Shown here: piece after piece, positions 8,058 to 16,815 of the stretch
Position numbering within the stretch: position 1 is the stretch's first letter
How the letters are laid out: the number at the start of each line of letters is the position of its first letter
Origin: Planctomycetota bacterium
GTDB lineage: Bacteria > Planctomycetota > Phycisphaerae > Phycisphaerales > Phycisphaeraceae
DNA length: 23,725 nucleotides
Direction of reading: 5' to 3'
Assembly (NCBI GenBank): GCA_026386955.1
Contig: JAPLMQ010000190.1
Span: 1-23,725, forward strand
Program-made: the position numbers and the translations under genes
The notes under the pieces: model-generated
Database searches by the model: none
What the model saw: only the letters and a program-made list of their open reading frames with translations
What the model was told of the DNA's origin: nothing

Positions 8058-11000
8058 TCACTTCTTCAACCGATCCACCTCCGCTTGCGCCGCGGCATGG
8101 AGCGCGGAGTCTGCCGCCGTGTCCTCCAGTGCGGTGGTGAAGAGCCGCCGGGCGTCGGCGGTCTGGCCGAGCTTGAGCAGGCGGAAACCCAGCGCGTAGG
8201 CCGCGGGGGCGCGGAGGTCGGGAGGAAGGCCTCTCGCCGCGCCGTCCCAGCCCAGGCTGTTGGTCAGCCCCTTCCACGTCATGAGGAACTGCATCGGGTT
8301 CGCGGCCGAGAAGCGGTTGTCCAGCCAGGCGCCCAGGAGCGTGTGGGAGGCGGCGGCGAGCTGGTCGTCGCGCTGGGGCGTGACGTCGGCGGGGTCGATG
8401 CTGAGCAGGAAGAGCCCGTCGAGCAGCGTGGCGAGCGGTCGGCGGTTGGCGTCGATGTATGAGCAGTCGCCCATGACGACCTGGCGCGCGACCTCGTGCC
8501 CGCGCGGGGACTGGAACGCGCGCCGGATCACCGTCGCGGCGACTCCGTTGAACGCCGAGGCGCCAAGAGCCAGAGGCGTGACTCCCTTCCCATACGCCTC
8601 CGCCTGATGCAGCAGGTGTCTCGCATGGTCGTCGGTTAGGTCATCGCTCAACACGCCGGCGATGCCGACGTTGAGCAGGCCCAAGGCGGCGCTCTGGAGA
8701 TGCAGTTCGTCGTCCCCCCCCTCGGGCTTCGCGAATTGCGAGGCGGCGATCGCGTAGCTCGCCCGCCAAGCCGCGCGGGCACCGGCAGGATCTCCCCTCT
8801 TCTCGAACACGAACCCGCGGATGAGGCCCGCCTCGATGCGGTCCCGCATGGACGTGCCGCTGCGGGCCTCCACGGCGTCGAGGTCGCGCAGGGCGTCGTC
8901 CAGCCGGCCCATCGCCGCCCAATCGCGGGCGCGCTCGACGAGCAGGGACTCGAGGCCGGGGCGATAGGTCTCGCTGGGCTCGCGGCTGGTTTGGTTCTTG
9001 GGCGGTTTTTCGAGAAGGTGCTGGTTCACGCGGGCCAGCGCCTGCTCGGGCTTGCCCGCGACGCGCAGCACACGGCCAAGGTGGCGGTTGGCGTCGAGGA
9101 CGAGCGCGTTGTAGGCGGGGCCTTCGCAGAGCTTGAAGACCTGCTCAGCCATGTCCACGGCCTCGGTGGGCCGGTTCGCCAACTGGTAGGCCCGCAACAG
9201 CCACTGCCGGGTCATGATCCGGCGCATCAGGTTGTCGTCGAAGAGGTCCTCGATCTGCAAAAGGTTCTCGAACGCCGGGATCTTCACGCCCGCCCCGCCC
9301 CCGAAGAGCAGCCCAACGCCCATGCCCGTCGAGGCCAGGCTGTCGAAGATCTGCGTGTGGACGTATTGAGGGACGATGCGGGAGAAGTCTTGGCGGGAGA
9401 AACGGGTGCGGAAGGCGGTGACGACGGCCTCGGTCTCGACCATGCGGCGCTCGGGCTGGTAGATGAGCCAGAGCTGGCAGCCCGCGAGGAGGGACCAACG
9501 GTCGCTCGAGTCGATGAACACGGCCTCAAGGCGCGGGACCGCCTCCGAGGCGCGGTTGAGGCGCAGGAGGCAAATTCCCTGCTTGTATCCCGCGGCCCGC
9601 GCCGCCGCCGGATCCTTGGAGCCCACCGCCTGCGCCGCATAGAGCGGAAGCGCCTCCTCGTATTGTCCGCGAGAGAGGAGGTCGTCGGCCCGCTCAAGCG
9701 GCGAAGGGGCCCGCGCGAGCGTCTGCCGCTGGGCCGTCAGCCTCAGCATCCTGCTCCGCGGGAGCGAGATGTCGAAGCACCCGCGCGGCGGAAGCGGGAG
9801 CACATCGGTGATCTCGATCGGCTCCAGGTCATTGACCTGGAGCTCCAGCCGGTCGTCCTGCCGCGTGGCGCGCAGGCGCAGGCCGTCGGAGGGCAGGTCG
9901 GCGAGGGCGACGACGCGGCTGCGCATGAGGCCCTGCGGACCGTCGACGTAGAGGCGGGCGGAGCCGCCCGCGGTTCGGGCTCCGGCGAAGGTCGTGGCCG
10001 GGGCGCCCTGCGGCTGTACAACCTCAAGAATGAATCGGTAGCAGTGCACGGCGCCGTCAAGGACCCGGCCGGTGGGCCGATTGAGGTAAAGCACCAGGAT
10101 CGTGTCCTCGTCCCAGCCGGGTCCCAGTCGGGCCTCGATCTGTACGGAACCGTTGCAGGGACCACCGTCCGCCACCGGAAGAGGCTTCGACGAGACAGGC
10201 TCGGCAACGGGCGAGGTCGCGGTCGGCACCTCTCCGACGGGCGGGCCTCCAAGGGCGGCCTCCAACCCGGCGAAGGGCGGCTTCAAGTCAAAGATCGGCT
10301 GCCAGGCGCGGGAGCGCTCCGCCAAGGCCTGCCTCAGTGCGGGGACCTGCGCCTTGTCCCGCGTCTCGAGGCCCGCGAGCAGCGCCTCGACGCGCATCAT
10401 GTCGGCGGGCGTGAGCTGCGGCACGCGCAGGGCCTCGGCGATCGCGCCCGCCAGCGCGGCGGCGACCTGCTGCCGCCCGGCCTTGCCCAGCGCGGGGTCG
10501 ATCGCGGCGATGTCGTCGACCTGCGCGTCGAGCGCCTTCAAGTCCGCGGCCGACCATGTGGTGGTCTTGAGGTCCTCCTGCAGCGTCCGTGTGGCCTCGC
10601 GCTTCCGCTCCGAGCGCAGGGCCTCGGCGCGGAAGTGGCTCGCGGCCGCGAGCAGCGAAACGACGGTGAGCAGGATCGCGCCGGTGAGGAGGATCGCGCG
10701 GCGGTGCTTGCGGCTCTTGCGGGCCAGGATGTAGCGCAGCGTCGGCGCACGGGCGGCGAGCGGGTTGCCCGCGAGGTAATTCTCCAGGTCTTGGGCCATC
10801 TCGGCGGCGGAGGGGTAGCGCTGCGCGGGGTCGTGGGCGAGGGCCTTGCCCAGCAGCGCGTCGAGCTCGTGGTCGATCGCGGGGCAGACGCGGCGGGCGC
10901 GGGGCGCCTCCTCCTTGGCGATCCGGCTGAGGATCTCCAGGTGCGAGCCGGTCATCGCGTGCGGGAGGCAGCCGGCGAGGAGTTCGAAGAGGATCACGCC

Positions 11001-12023
11001 CAGCGAGTAGACGTCGGAGCGGGTGTCGATCTGGTCCTTCTTCCCGGCCGCCTGCTCGGGCGACATGTAGGCGAGCGTGCCGGCGACCTCGCCCTCGATG
11101 GAGATGGTGTTGCCGCGGTCGGATTCGAGCAGCGTCTTGGCGAGCCCGAAGTCGAGCACATGCGGCTGGGCGCTGAGTGGGTCGTCGCCTCCCCCCGGCG
11201 CGGTTCCGGGGGTGACGAGGATGTTGGAGGGCTTGAGGTCGCGGTGGATCACGCCCTTTTGGTGGGCGTGCTGCACGGCCCGGCAGACCAGGGCGAGGAT
11301 GCGGACGATCTCGCGCTGCGGGAGGCGGTGGCGGAGGATGAACTCGTCGAGGCGCAGGCCCGGGACAAGTTCCATGGCGTAGTACGGGATTCCGCGGTGC
11401 GAGCCGCTGGCGTAGACACGGGCGATGTTGGGGTGCTCGAGGCGGGCGCAGAGCTCGATCTCCCGCTGGAAGCGCGAGCGGGCCCGCTCGCTGCTGAACC
11501 GGCCGGAGGTCATGAGCTTGAGGGCGACGAGCCGGCGGGCGCTGACCTGCTCGGCCCGCCAGACCACGCCCATGCCGCCCTCGCCGAGTTGGTCGAGCAG
11601 GCGGTAGCCGTCGATCTCCGCGGGCCCGGCGTCGCGCGAGCCGGGTTGGTTGTCGAGCGGGCCGAGACCATCGGAATCGGAGAGGTGGCCGAGGCTGGGC
11701 GCAGGGGAGGAGGGCGTGCGCGAGGAGGGCGTCCGCTCGACGGTCATGCTGGAGAAGTGCGGCGGATTCGCGGGCGGGGGCGTGGCGGGCGGTTTGGGCG
11801 CCGGCGAGGTCGGCGCGCCGCCTTGCGTGATCGACTCGCCGCTGAGCCGGGAGAGTTCGTGCGTGAGCCGCGGGGCGAGCTGCGGGTGGAGGGCGAGGAT
11901 CGAGGAATCGGGCAGGTATTCGCCGGACTGCCTGCGGCGCACGACGTCGTCGAGCACGCCGCGAAGCTGGGCGTCGAGCTTCGCGTGGTCGTCGGCGTCG
12001 GGCTTGTCGGGCGTCGATTTCAC
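8058..12023 (-). CDS. Membrane-anchored Ser/Thr protein kinase of about 1320 aa. It has an N-terminal disordered region, a Hanks kinase domain, one TM helix, and a roughly 850-aa TPR-like/alpha-solenoid C-terminal region.
   Basis: All catalytic motifs are present (GEGGMGVVWRA, VALKLM, HRDLKPSNIL, DFGLAK, YMSPEQ). A TM helix (AILLTGAILLTVVSLLAAA) follows the kinase domain. GTG start as listed. The other long ORFs on this span are antisense or off-frame artefacts of GC-rich DNA. Confidence 0.85.
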   Translation of the reverse strand: MKSTPDKPDADDHAKLDAQLRGVLDDVVRRRQSGEYLPDSSILALHPQLAPRLTHELSRLSGESITQGGAPTSPAPKPPATPPPANPPHFSSMTVERTPSSRTPSSPAPSLGHLSDSDGLGPLDNQPGSRDAGPAEIDGYRLLDQLGEGGMGVVWRAEQVSARRLVALKLMTSGRFSSERARSRFQREIELCARLEHPNIARVYASGSHRGIPYYAMELVPGLRLDEFILRHRLPQREIVRILALVCRAVQHAHQKGVIHRDLKPSNILVTPGTAPGGGDDPLSAQPHVLDFGLAKTLLESDRGNTISIEGEVAGTLAYMSPEQAAGKKDQIDTRSDVYSLGVILFELLAGCLPHAMTGSHLEILSRIAKEEAPRARRVCPAIDHELDALLGKALAHDPAQRYPSAAEMAQDLENYLAGNPLAARAPTLRYILARKSRKHRRAILLTGAILLTVVSLLAAASHFRAEALRSERKREATRTLQEDLKTTTWSAADLKALDAQVDDIAAIDPALGKAGRQQVAAALAGAIAEALRVPQLTPADMMRVEALLAGLETRDKAQVPALRQALAERSRAWQPIFDLKPPFAGLEAALGGPPVGEVPTATSPVAEPVSSKPLPVADGGPCNGSVQIEARLGPGWDEDTILVLYLNRPTGRVLDGAVHCYRFILEVVQPQGAPATTFAGARTAGGSARLYVDGPQGLMRSRVVALADLPSDGLRLRATRQDDRLELQVNDLEPIEITDVLPLPPRGCFDISLPRSRMLRLTAQRQTLARAPSPLERADDLLSRGQYEEALPLYAAQAVGSKDPAAARAAGYKQGICLLRLNRASEAVPRLEAVFIDSSDRWSLLAGCQLWLIYQPERRMVETEAVVTAFRTRFSRQDFSRIVPQYVHTQIFDSLASTGMGVGLLFGGGAGVKIPAFENLLQIEDLFDDNLMRRIMTRQWLLRAYQLANRPTEAVDMAEQVFKLCEGPAYNALVLDANRHLGRVLRVAGKPEQALARVNQHLLEKPPKNQTSREPSETYRPGLESLLVERARDWAAMGRLDDALRDLDAVEARSGTSMRDRIEAGLIRGFVFEKRGDPAGARAAWRASYAIAASQFAKPEGGDDELHLQSAALGLLNVGIAGVLSDDLTDDHARHLLHQAEAYGKGVTPLALGASAFNGVAATVIRRAFQSPRGHEVARQVVMGDCSYIDANRRPLATLLDGLFLLSIDPADVTPQRDDQLAAASHTLLGAWLDNRFSAANPMQFLMTWKGLTNSLGWDGAARGLPPDLRAPAAYALGFRLLKLGQTADARRLFTTALEDTAADSALHAAAQAEVDRLKK

Positions 12024-12137
12024 GAGAGGCCCCGGGGATTGTCGCGGATGGAATCGATGACCGGCCCATTGTACCGGCGCACGCCGGCGCGGAGTGCGCG
12101 AGGCGAGGGGCTATAATCCGCGCCGCGAAGCGCTGAA

Positions 12138-12659
12138 ATGCCGCGCAGGGATCATGCCATGCCCGTGGACACGAAAAACGTCGCGAACCGCCGCGAACTC
12201 GCCTTCGCCGACTTCGACGCGCTGCTGGCCGACGTCGACCGTGTCGAGCTCGCGGCCCGCGGGGGCAAGGCCCGGACGCTGGGCAACTGGAGCGTCGCGG
12301 AGATCCTCGACCACTTGGCGATCGCGATGGAATTCGCCTACGCCGCGCCACCCTTCAAGATCGCGCTGCCGTTCAAGGTCGTCGGGCGCGTGGGCAAGAC
12401 GCTCTTTTTCCGCGGGTTCGTGCGGAGCATGCTCAAGCCGGGCTTCAAGCTCCCGAAGGCCGCGCGGGCCATGGAGCCCGCGCCGGGGACGGACCTCGAC
12501 AAGTCCGCCGCCCGCTTCCGCGCCGCGGCCAAGCGCCTGCGCGACCGCGAGCCCACAAGCGTCCCCAACCAGATGCTCGGCCGGCTGACCATGGACCAAC
12601 TCCATTTCCTCCACCTCCGCCACGCGGAGATGCACCTGGGCTTCGTCCGGCTGGACTGA
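12138..12659 (+). CDS. DUF1569/DinB-like four-helix-bundle family protein, about 170 aa.
   Basis: GNWSVAEILDHLAIAMEF...HAEMHLGFV resembles DUF1569. An alternative start at 12159 (MPVDTKN) has AGGGA 8 nt upstream. It is divergent from the kinase gene. Confidence 0.5.
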   Translation: MPRRDHAMPVDTKNVANRRELAFADFDALLADVDRVELAARGGKARTLGNWSVAEILDHLAIAMEFAYAAPPFKIALPFKVVGRVGKTLFFRGFVRSMLKPGFKLPKAARAMEPAPGTDLDKSAARFRAAAKRLRDREPTSVPNQMLGRLTMDQLHFLHLRHAEMHLGFVRLD

Positions 12660-12704
12660 CGCGGGGATGCTTCCGGCATCTTTCCGGCGGGCGACCATCA
12701 ACCC

Positions 12705-14308
12705 ATGCAACTCACCGCGGCCGAGATCACGTGGACCGGGCCCGTCCGTCCGGACAACCAGGACGCCGTGGGCTTCTGGATCCCCGAGTCGCCCGAAGAG
12801 CGCCGCGAGCGCGGCATCATCGCCGCCATCGCCGACGGCGTGGGCGGCCAGGCCCGCGGCGACCTCGCCAGCCACGTCGCGGTCGAGATCGCGCTGCGCT
12901 CCTTCCGCCTCGCCCGCCCCGGGCTCGCCCCGGCGGCCGTCATGCGCCAGGTCTTCAGCGCCGCCATCCACGCCGTCCACCACGCCTCCGTCGACCCCTC
13001 CGCCGCCGGCACCGCCACCACCCTGAGCATCTGCATCCTCCACCAAGACCAGCTCACCGTCGGCCACATCGGCGACGCCCGGATCTACCTCCTCCGCGCC
13101 GGCTCGCTCCGCCGCCTCACCGCCGACCACAACTACGCCGGCGTCCAGCTCCAGATGGGCCTGATCAACGACGAGGAGGCCGCCCGCAGCCCGATGCGCC
13201 ATGTGCTCACGCGCTCGCTGGGGCGCGACGCCCACGTCAGCCCCGACATCCGCCAGATGACCTTCGTCGAGGGCGACCGGATCATCCTTTGCACCGACGG
13301 CCTGCACGCCTGCGTCTCCGAGGCCGACATGATCGACGTCGTCGGCCGGCTCGAGCCCCAGGACGCCTGCGAAGAACTGATCGACCTCACCTCCCGGGCC
13401 GACCCGCAGGACAACGCCTCCGCCGTGGTCCTGCGCGTCGACGTCATCGAGCGGCTGGGCATGTATCGCGGCGTGCCGATCTTCCACGACACGCCCTCCG
13501 CCGCCATGAGCGACGAGATCGAGCCCGGGCAGACGCTCGACGAGCGCTTCGCCGTCTCCGAGCTCATCGCCCGCTCGGGCATGGCCTCGATCTACCGCGC
13601 GATCGACCTCGCCAACGACACGCCCGTCGCGATCAAGGTGCCGTTCCTCCAGTTCCAGAACGATCCCGCCTTCCTCCGCCGCTTCCAGCAGGAGGAGCTG
13701 ATCGGGCGCTCGCTCAACCACCCCTCGATCCTCCGCGTCCTGCCCGTCGACGGCCCCAAGAGCCGGCCGTACGTCGTGATGGAATTCCTCGAATCGCCTC
13801 CGAGGCGCCCGCGCGCCCGGCCGTCCGGCGGGCCGAGAGCGCGACGATCATGGGCACGCCCGACTACATCGCCCCCGAGCAGGTCCGCGGCTCGCCCGGC
13901 GACGAGCGGACCGACATCTACAGCCTCGGCGCGATGCTCTACGAGATGGCGGTGGGGCGGCCGCCCTTCGAGGGGCCCACCGCCTTCAAGATCATGCAGG
14001 CCCGCCTGCGCTCCGATCCGCCCGCGCCGCGGAAGATGAACCCCGAGGTCTCGCCCCAGGTCGAGGAGATCATCCTCCGGGCCATGGCCTTCGAGGCGAA
14101 GGACCGCTACCCCTCCGCCGCGGCGCTCGCGGCCGACCTCGACAACTCCCAGCGCGTCCCCGTGACGGGGCGCGCCGCCCGCCTGCGCCGGCGCGGCCCC
14201 CTGCGCCTCCACTCGCTGCACAGCCGCCCCATGCGGGCCGCGGTCGTGCTGCTGATCCTCCTGGCGGTGACGGCGGTCCTCATGCTGCGGGCGATGCGGA
14301 AAATCTGA
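12705..14308 (+). pseudogene. Disrupted PP2C phosphatase–Ser/Thr kinase fusion gene. The PP2C domain and kinase subdomains I-V are intact in one frame. Subdomains VIb-VII (HRD and DFG) are missing, and the remaining APE/C-lobe continues in a different frame.
   Basis: Frame 1 ends at ...YVVMEFLES (end of subdomain V) and becomes Arg/Pro junk. The frame offset by 2 (ORF 12731..) resumes about 45 bp later with ...ESATIMGTPDYIAPEQ...SLGAMLYEM. So about 85-95 codons are missing and there is a frameshift. Confidence 0.6.
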
Positions 14309-14556
14309 CTGAAAACGCGGTTTTTCAAAGATATGCACCGTCCCCGGCGCCCTTGATTTGCGGTGGGGGGCCGGAGTGATACGCTGATTCCCGTCGGTGG
14401 GACCTTCGCGACTCCGCGACGTCTCTGCCGCTACCCCAAACAACTTGTTCCCTTCCCCCGGGAGATGGGCCGAGGACCGTTCAGGTCGCTCGGCACGCGG
14501 CCCTGCGCAGTCCCGGTCCCCCCTGTTCAAGGCGATCCATCGCCTGAGGAGTCTCC

Positions 14557-16719
14557 ATGCCTCCGTTTGAAGTGATCCTGGTCCTGTTCATCGCCGTGGT
14601 TTTCCTGCCGCTGGGGCTCTGGATGGTCAAGGAGATCATCGGCATCCAGTACATCGCCAACGACCGCGTGGGCGTGGTCGAGAAGCTCTGGGGCGGGTCG
14701 ATCAAGGACGGGCGCATCATCGCGCTCGACAACGAGGCCGGCTTCCAGTGCGACATCAAGCGCGGCGGGCTTCACTTCGGGCTCCCGCGCTGGAAATACC
14801 GCATCCACCGCGTGCCGCTCGTGACGATCTCCCAAGGCGAGATCGGCTACGTCTACGCCCGCGACGGCGACTCGCTCTCGCCGATGCAGACCCTCGCCCG
14901 CTTCGTCTTCTGCGACAACTTCCAGAACGCCCGCGGGTTCCTCATCGGCGCCAACGCCGTCAGCGGGAAGCTCTCCAACCGCGGGCAGCGAGGCCGGCAA
15001 CGCGCGATCCTGCGCGAAGGCGTCTACGCCATCAACCTCGCGCTCTTCGTGGTCATCACCAAGGGCCGCGTCTACGGCCTCCGCGCCTCGCGCGAGGAGG
15101 AGGTGCAGTACGCCATCTGGCAGAAGGAGCTCGCCGACATCCGCGCCTACGCCCCGATCGTCATCGGCGGCGCGCACGACGACATCGGCATCGTCACCGT
15201 GCAGGACGGCCCGCCGCTGCCCACCGGGGAGATCATCGCCCCCGAGGCCAAGGGGCACAGCAACTTCCAGGACCCCGAGACCTTCCTCGCCAACGACGGT
15301 TTCCGCGGCAAGCAGTACGCCGTGCTCACCGACGGCACCTACTTCATCAACCGCTGGTTCGCCACCGTCGAGTCGGTCCCCAAGATCGTCGTGCCCATCG
15401 GCAGCGTCGGCGTGGTCATCAGCTACTACGGCAAGAAGGGCACCGACATCTCGGGCAGCGCCTTCCGCCACGGCGAGCGCGTCGCCCAGGGCGAGCGCGG
15501 CGTGTGGGACCAGGCCCTGCCCCCGGGCAAGTACGCCTTCAACACCTACGCGGGCGTCATCGTTCAGGTGCCCACCACCAACTTCGTGCTCCACTGGATC
15601 ACCGGGCGCTCGGAGAGCCACCACTACGACGACAACTTGAAGAGCATCGACCTGGTCACCCGCGATGCCTACGAGCCCGAGCTCCCGCTCTCGCTGGTGG
15701 TCCACATCGACTACCAGAAGGCTCCGGGCGTCATCCAGCGCTTCGGCGACGTCAAGCGCCTGATCACGCAGACCATCGACCCGATGCTCTCGGCCTACTT
15801 CCGCGACGTCTCCCACAAGCGCTCGATGCTCGAGCTGCTGCAGAGCCGCGACGAGATCCAGGCCGAGGCGCGCAAGAACCTCCGCGAGCGCTTCACCGAG
15901 TTCGACATCGAGTGCGTCGACGTGCTGATCGGCAAGCCCGAGTCGGGCCCGAACGACGGCGGGAAGATCGAGACCTTGCTCGAACAGCTCCGCCAGCGGC
16001 AGCTCTCCGTCGAGCAGGTGCAGACGTTCGAGCAGCAGCGCATCGCCGCCGACAAGCGCCGCACGCTTGAGGAGGCGACGGCGGTGGCGAACAAGCAGAA
16101 GGATTTGACCAACTCGTCGGTCGACATCCGCATCGTCGAGAACCAGGCCAACGCGCAGCTCGCCAAGGCCGAGATGGGCAAGAAGCAGACGATCGTCGAG
16201 GCCGAGGCGGCCCTGGAGCAGGCCCGCCGGCAAGCGGAGCAGACGGTCGTGAAGGCCGAGGCCGAGGGCAAGCGCATGGTCATCGCCGCCAAGGCCCAGA
16301 GCGAGCAGGAGCAGTTGCTCGGCAAGGGCGAGGGCATCAAGGCCCTGCAGGTCGGCTTGGCCCAGGCGGAGGCCCTGCGCAAGCAGGTCATGGCCTACGG
16401 CGACCCGCGGCTGTACGCGCTGGTCATGGCGTCGCAGGCCTTGTCGAAGAGCGAGCAGCCCCTCGTCCCCGAGCGCGTCTTCGTGACGGGCGGCGGGGCG
16501 AATGGCGACGGGAAGGCCGGCGGCGGCGCCGACAACCCGCTGCAGACGCTGCTCAACCTCCTGCTCGCGAAGGAGACCGCCTTCGCCGCGAAGAATGCTG
16601 AGGAAGGCTCGCAGATGCAGGCGATGTCCGACCGCGTGGTGAAGGACCTGATGGATGGCATGGCGGGCGTGGTTTCGGCGACGCCCGCCGCGCCGCCTCC
16701 GGCGGCGCCGAAGAAATGA
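14557..16719 (+). CDS. Flotillin/SPFH (band-7, YqiK-like) family protein with an N-terminal TM helix and a long C-terminal coiled coil.
   Basis: N-terminal TM (VILVLFIAVVFLPLGLWMV), an SPFH-like core, then Ala/Glu/Gln/Lys-rich heptad-like repeats. A GAGGAG RBS lies 7 nt upstream of the ATG. Confidence 0.7.
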   Translation: MPPFEVILVLFIAVVFLPLGLWMVKEIIGIQYIANDRVGVVEKLWGGSIKDGRIIALDNEAGFQCDIKRGGLHFGLPRWKYRIHRVPLVTISQGEIGYVYARDGDSLSPMQTLARFVFCDNFQNARGFLIGANAVSGKLSNRGQRGRQRAILREGVYAINLALFVVITKGRVYGLRASREEEVQYAIWQKELADIRAYAPIVIGGAHDDIGIVTVQDGPPLPTGEIIAPEAKGHSNFQDPETFLANDGFRGKQYAVLTDGTYFINRWFATVESVPKIVVPIGSVGVVISYYGKKGTDISGSAFRHGERVAQGERGVWDQALPPGKYAFNTYAGVIVQVPTTNFVLHWITGRSESHHYDDNLKSIDLVTRDAYEPELPLSLVVHIDYQKAPGVIQRFGDVKRLITQTIDPMLSAYFRDVSHKRSMLELLQSRDEIQAEARKNLRERFTEFDIECVDVLIGKPESGPNDGGKIETLLEQLRQRQLSVEQVQTFEQQRIAADKRRTLEEATAVANKQKDLTNSSVDIRIVENQANAQLAKAEMGKKQTIVEAEAALEQARRQAEQTVVKAEAEGKRMVIAAKAQSEQEQLLGKGEGIKALQVGLAQAEALRKQVMAYGDPRLYALVMASQALSKSEQPLVPERVFVTGGGANGDGKAGGGADNPLQTLLNLLLAKETAFAAKNAEEGSQMQAMSDRVVKDLMDGMAGVVSATPAAPPPAAPKK

Positions 16720-16779
16720 GTGAACCGCAGGAATCGCTGGCGCGTCCGGCCAACAAGACCCGGGCGCGCCAGCGGGATT

Positions 16780-16796
16780 GCAGGGTCGCTCCCTGC
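16780..16796. terminator. Short hairpin GCAGGG-TCGCT-CCCTGC in the 96-bp gap between convergent genes.
   Basis: Read from sequence. The stem is weak at 6 bp and there is no U-tract. Confidence 0.25.
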
Positions 16797-16815
16797 CCAC
16801 CCGGGCGAAGGCGGG

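Noticed and set aside
6079-8199. 706-aa + strand ORF spanning the isomerase/PhyH region, and its 594-aa minus-strand counterpart 6215..7999.
   Set aside because: Both are Arg/Gly/Pro/Asp-rich with no domain-like pattern. They are off-frame or antisense to two ORFs with clear family signatures. This is the typical spurious long ORF of roughly 70% GC DNA.
8700-12116. 1138-aa + strand ORF and 687-aa minus-strand ORF (10288..12351) overlapping the kinase gene.
   Set aside because: They are antisense or alternate frame to a gene with complete Hanks kinase motifs. Their translations are low-complexity (Arg/Gly/Ala/Pro).
13787-13801. EcoRI site (GAATTC) and a small CCTCG...CGAGG palindrome exactly at the kinase deletion junction, as a possible cloning scar.
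   Set aside because: A single 6-bp site is expected by chance in 23 kb. There is no vector sequence and no other engineering hallmarks.
14340-14400. TTGATT ... TGATAC as a sigma-70-like -35/-10 pair upstream of the flotillin gene.
   Set aside because: The -10 is poor and the spacer fit is marginal. Promoter consensus for this lineage is unknown to me, so I did not report it as a feature.
14527-16800. 757-aa minus-strand ORF antisense to the flotillin gene, and the 440-aa + strand alternate frame.
   Set aside because: The translations are Gly/Asp/Arg/Leu-rich junk. The + strand frame 14557..16719 has an RBS, a TM helix, an SPFH core and a coiled coil.
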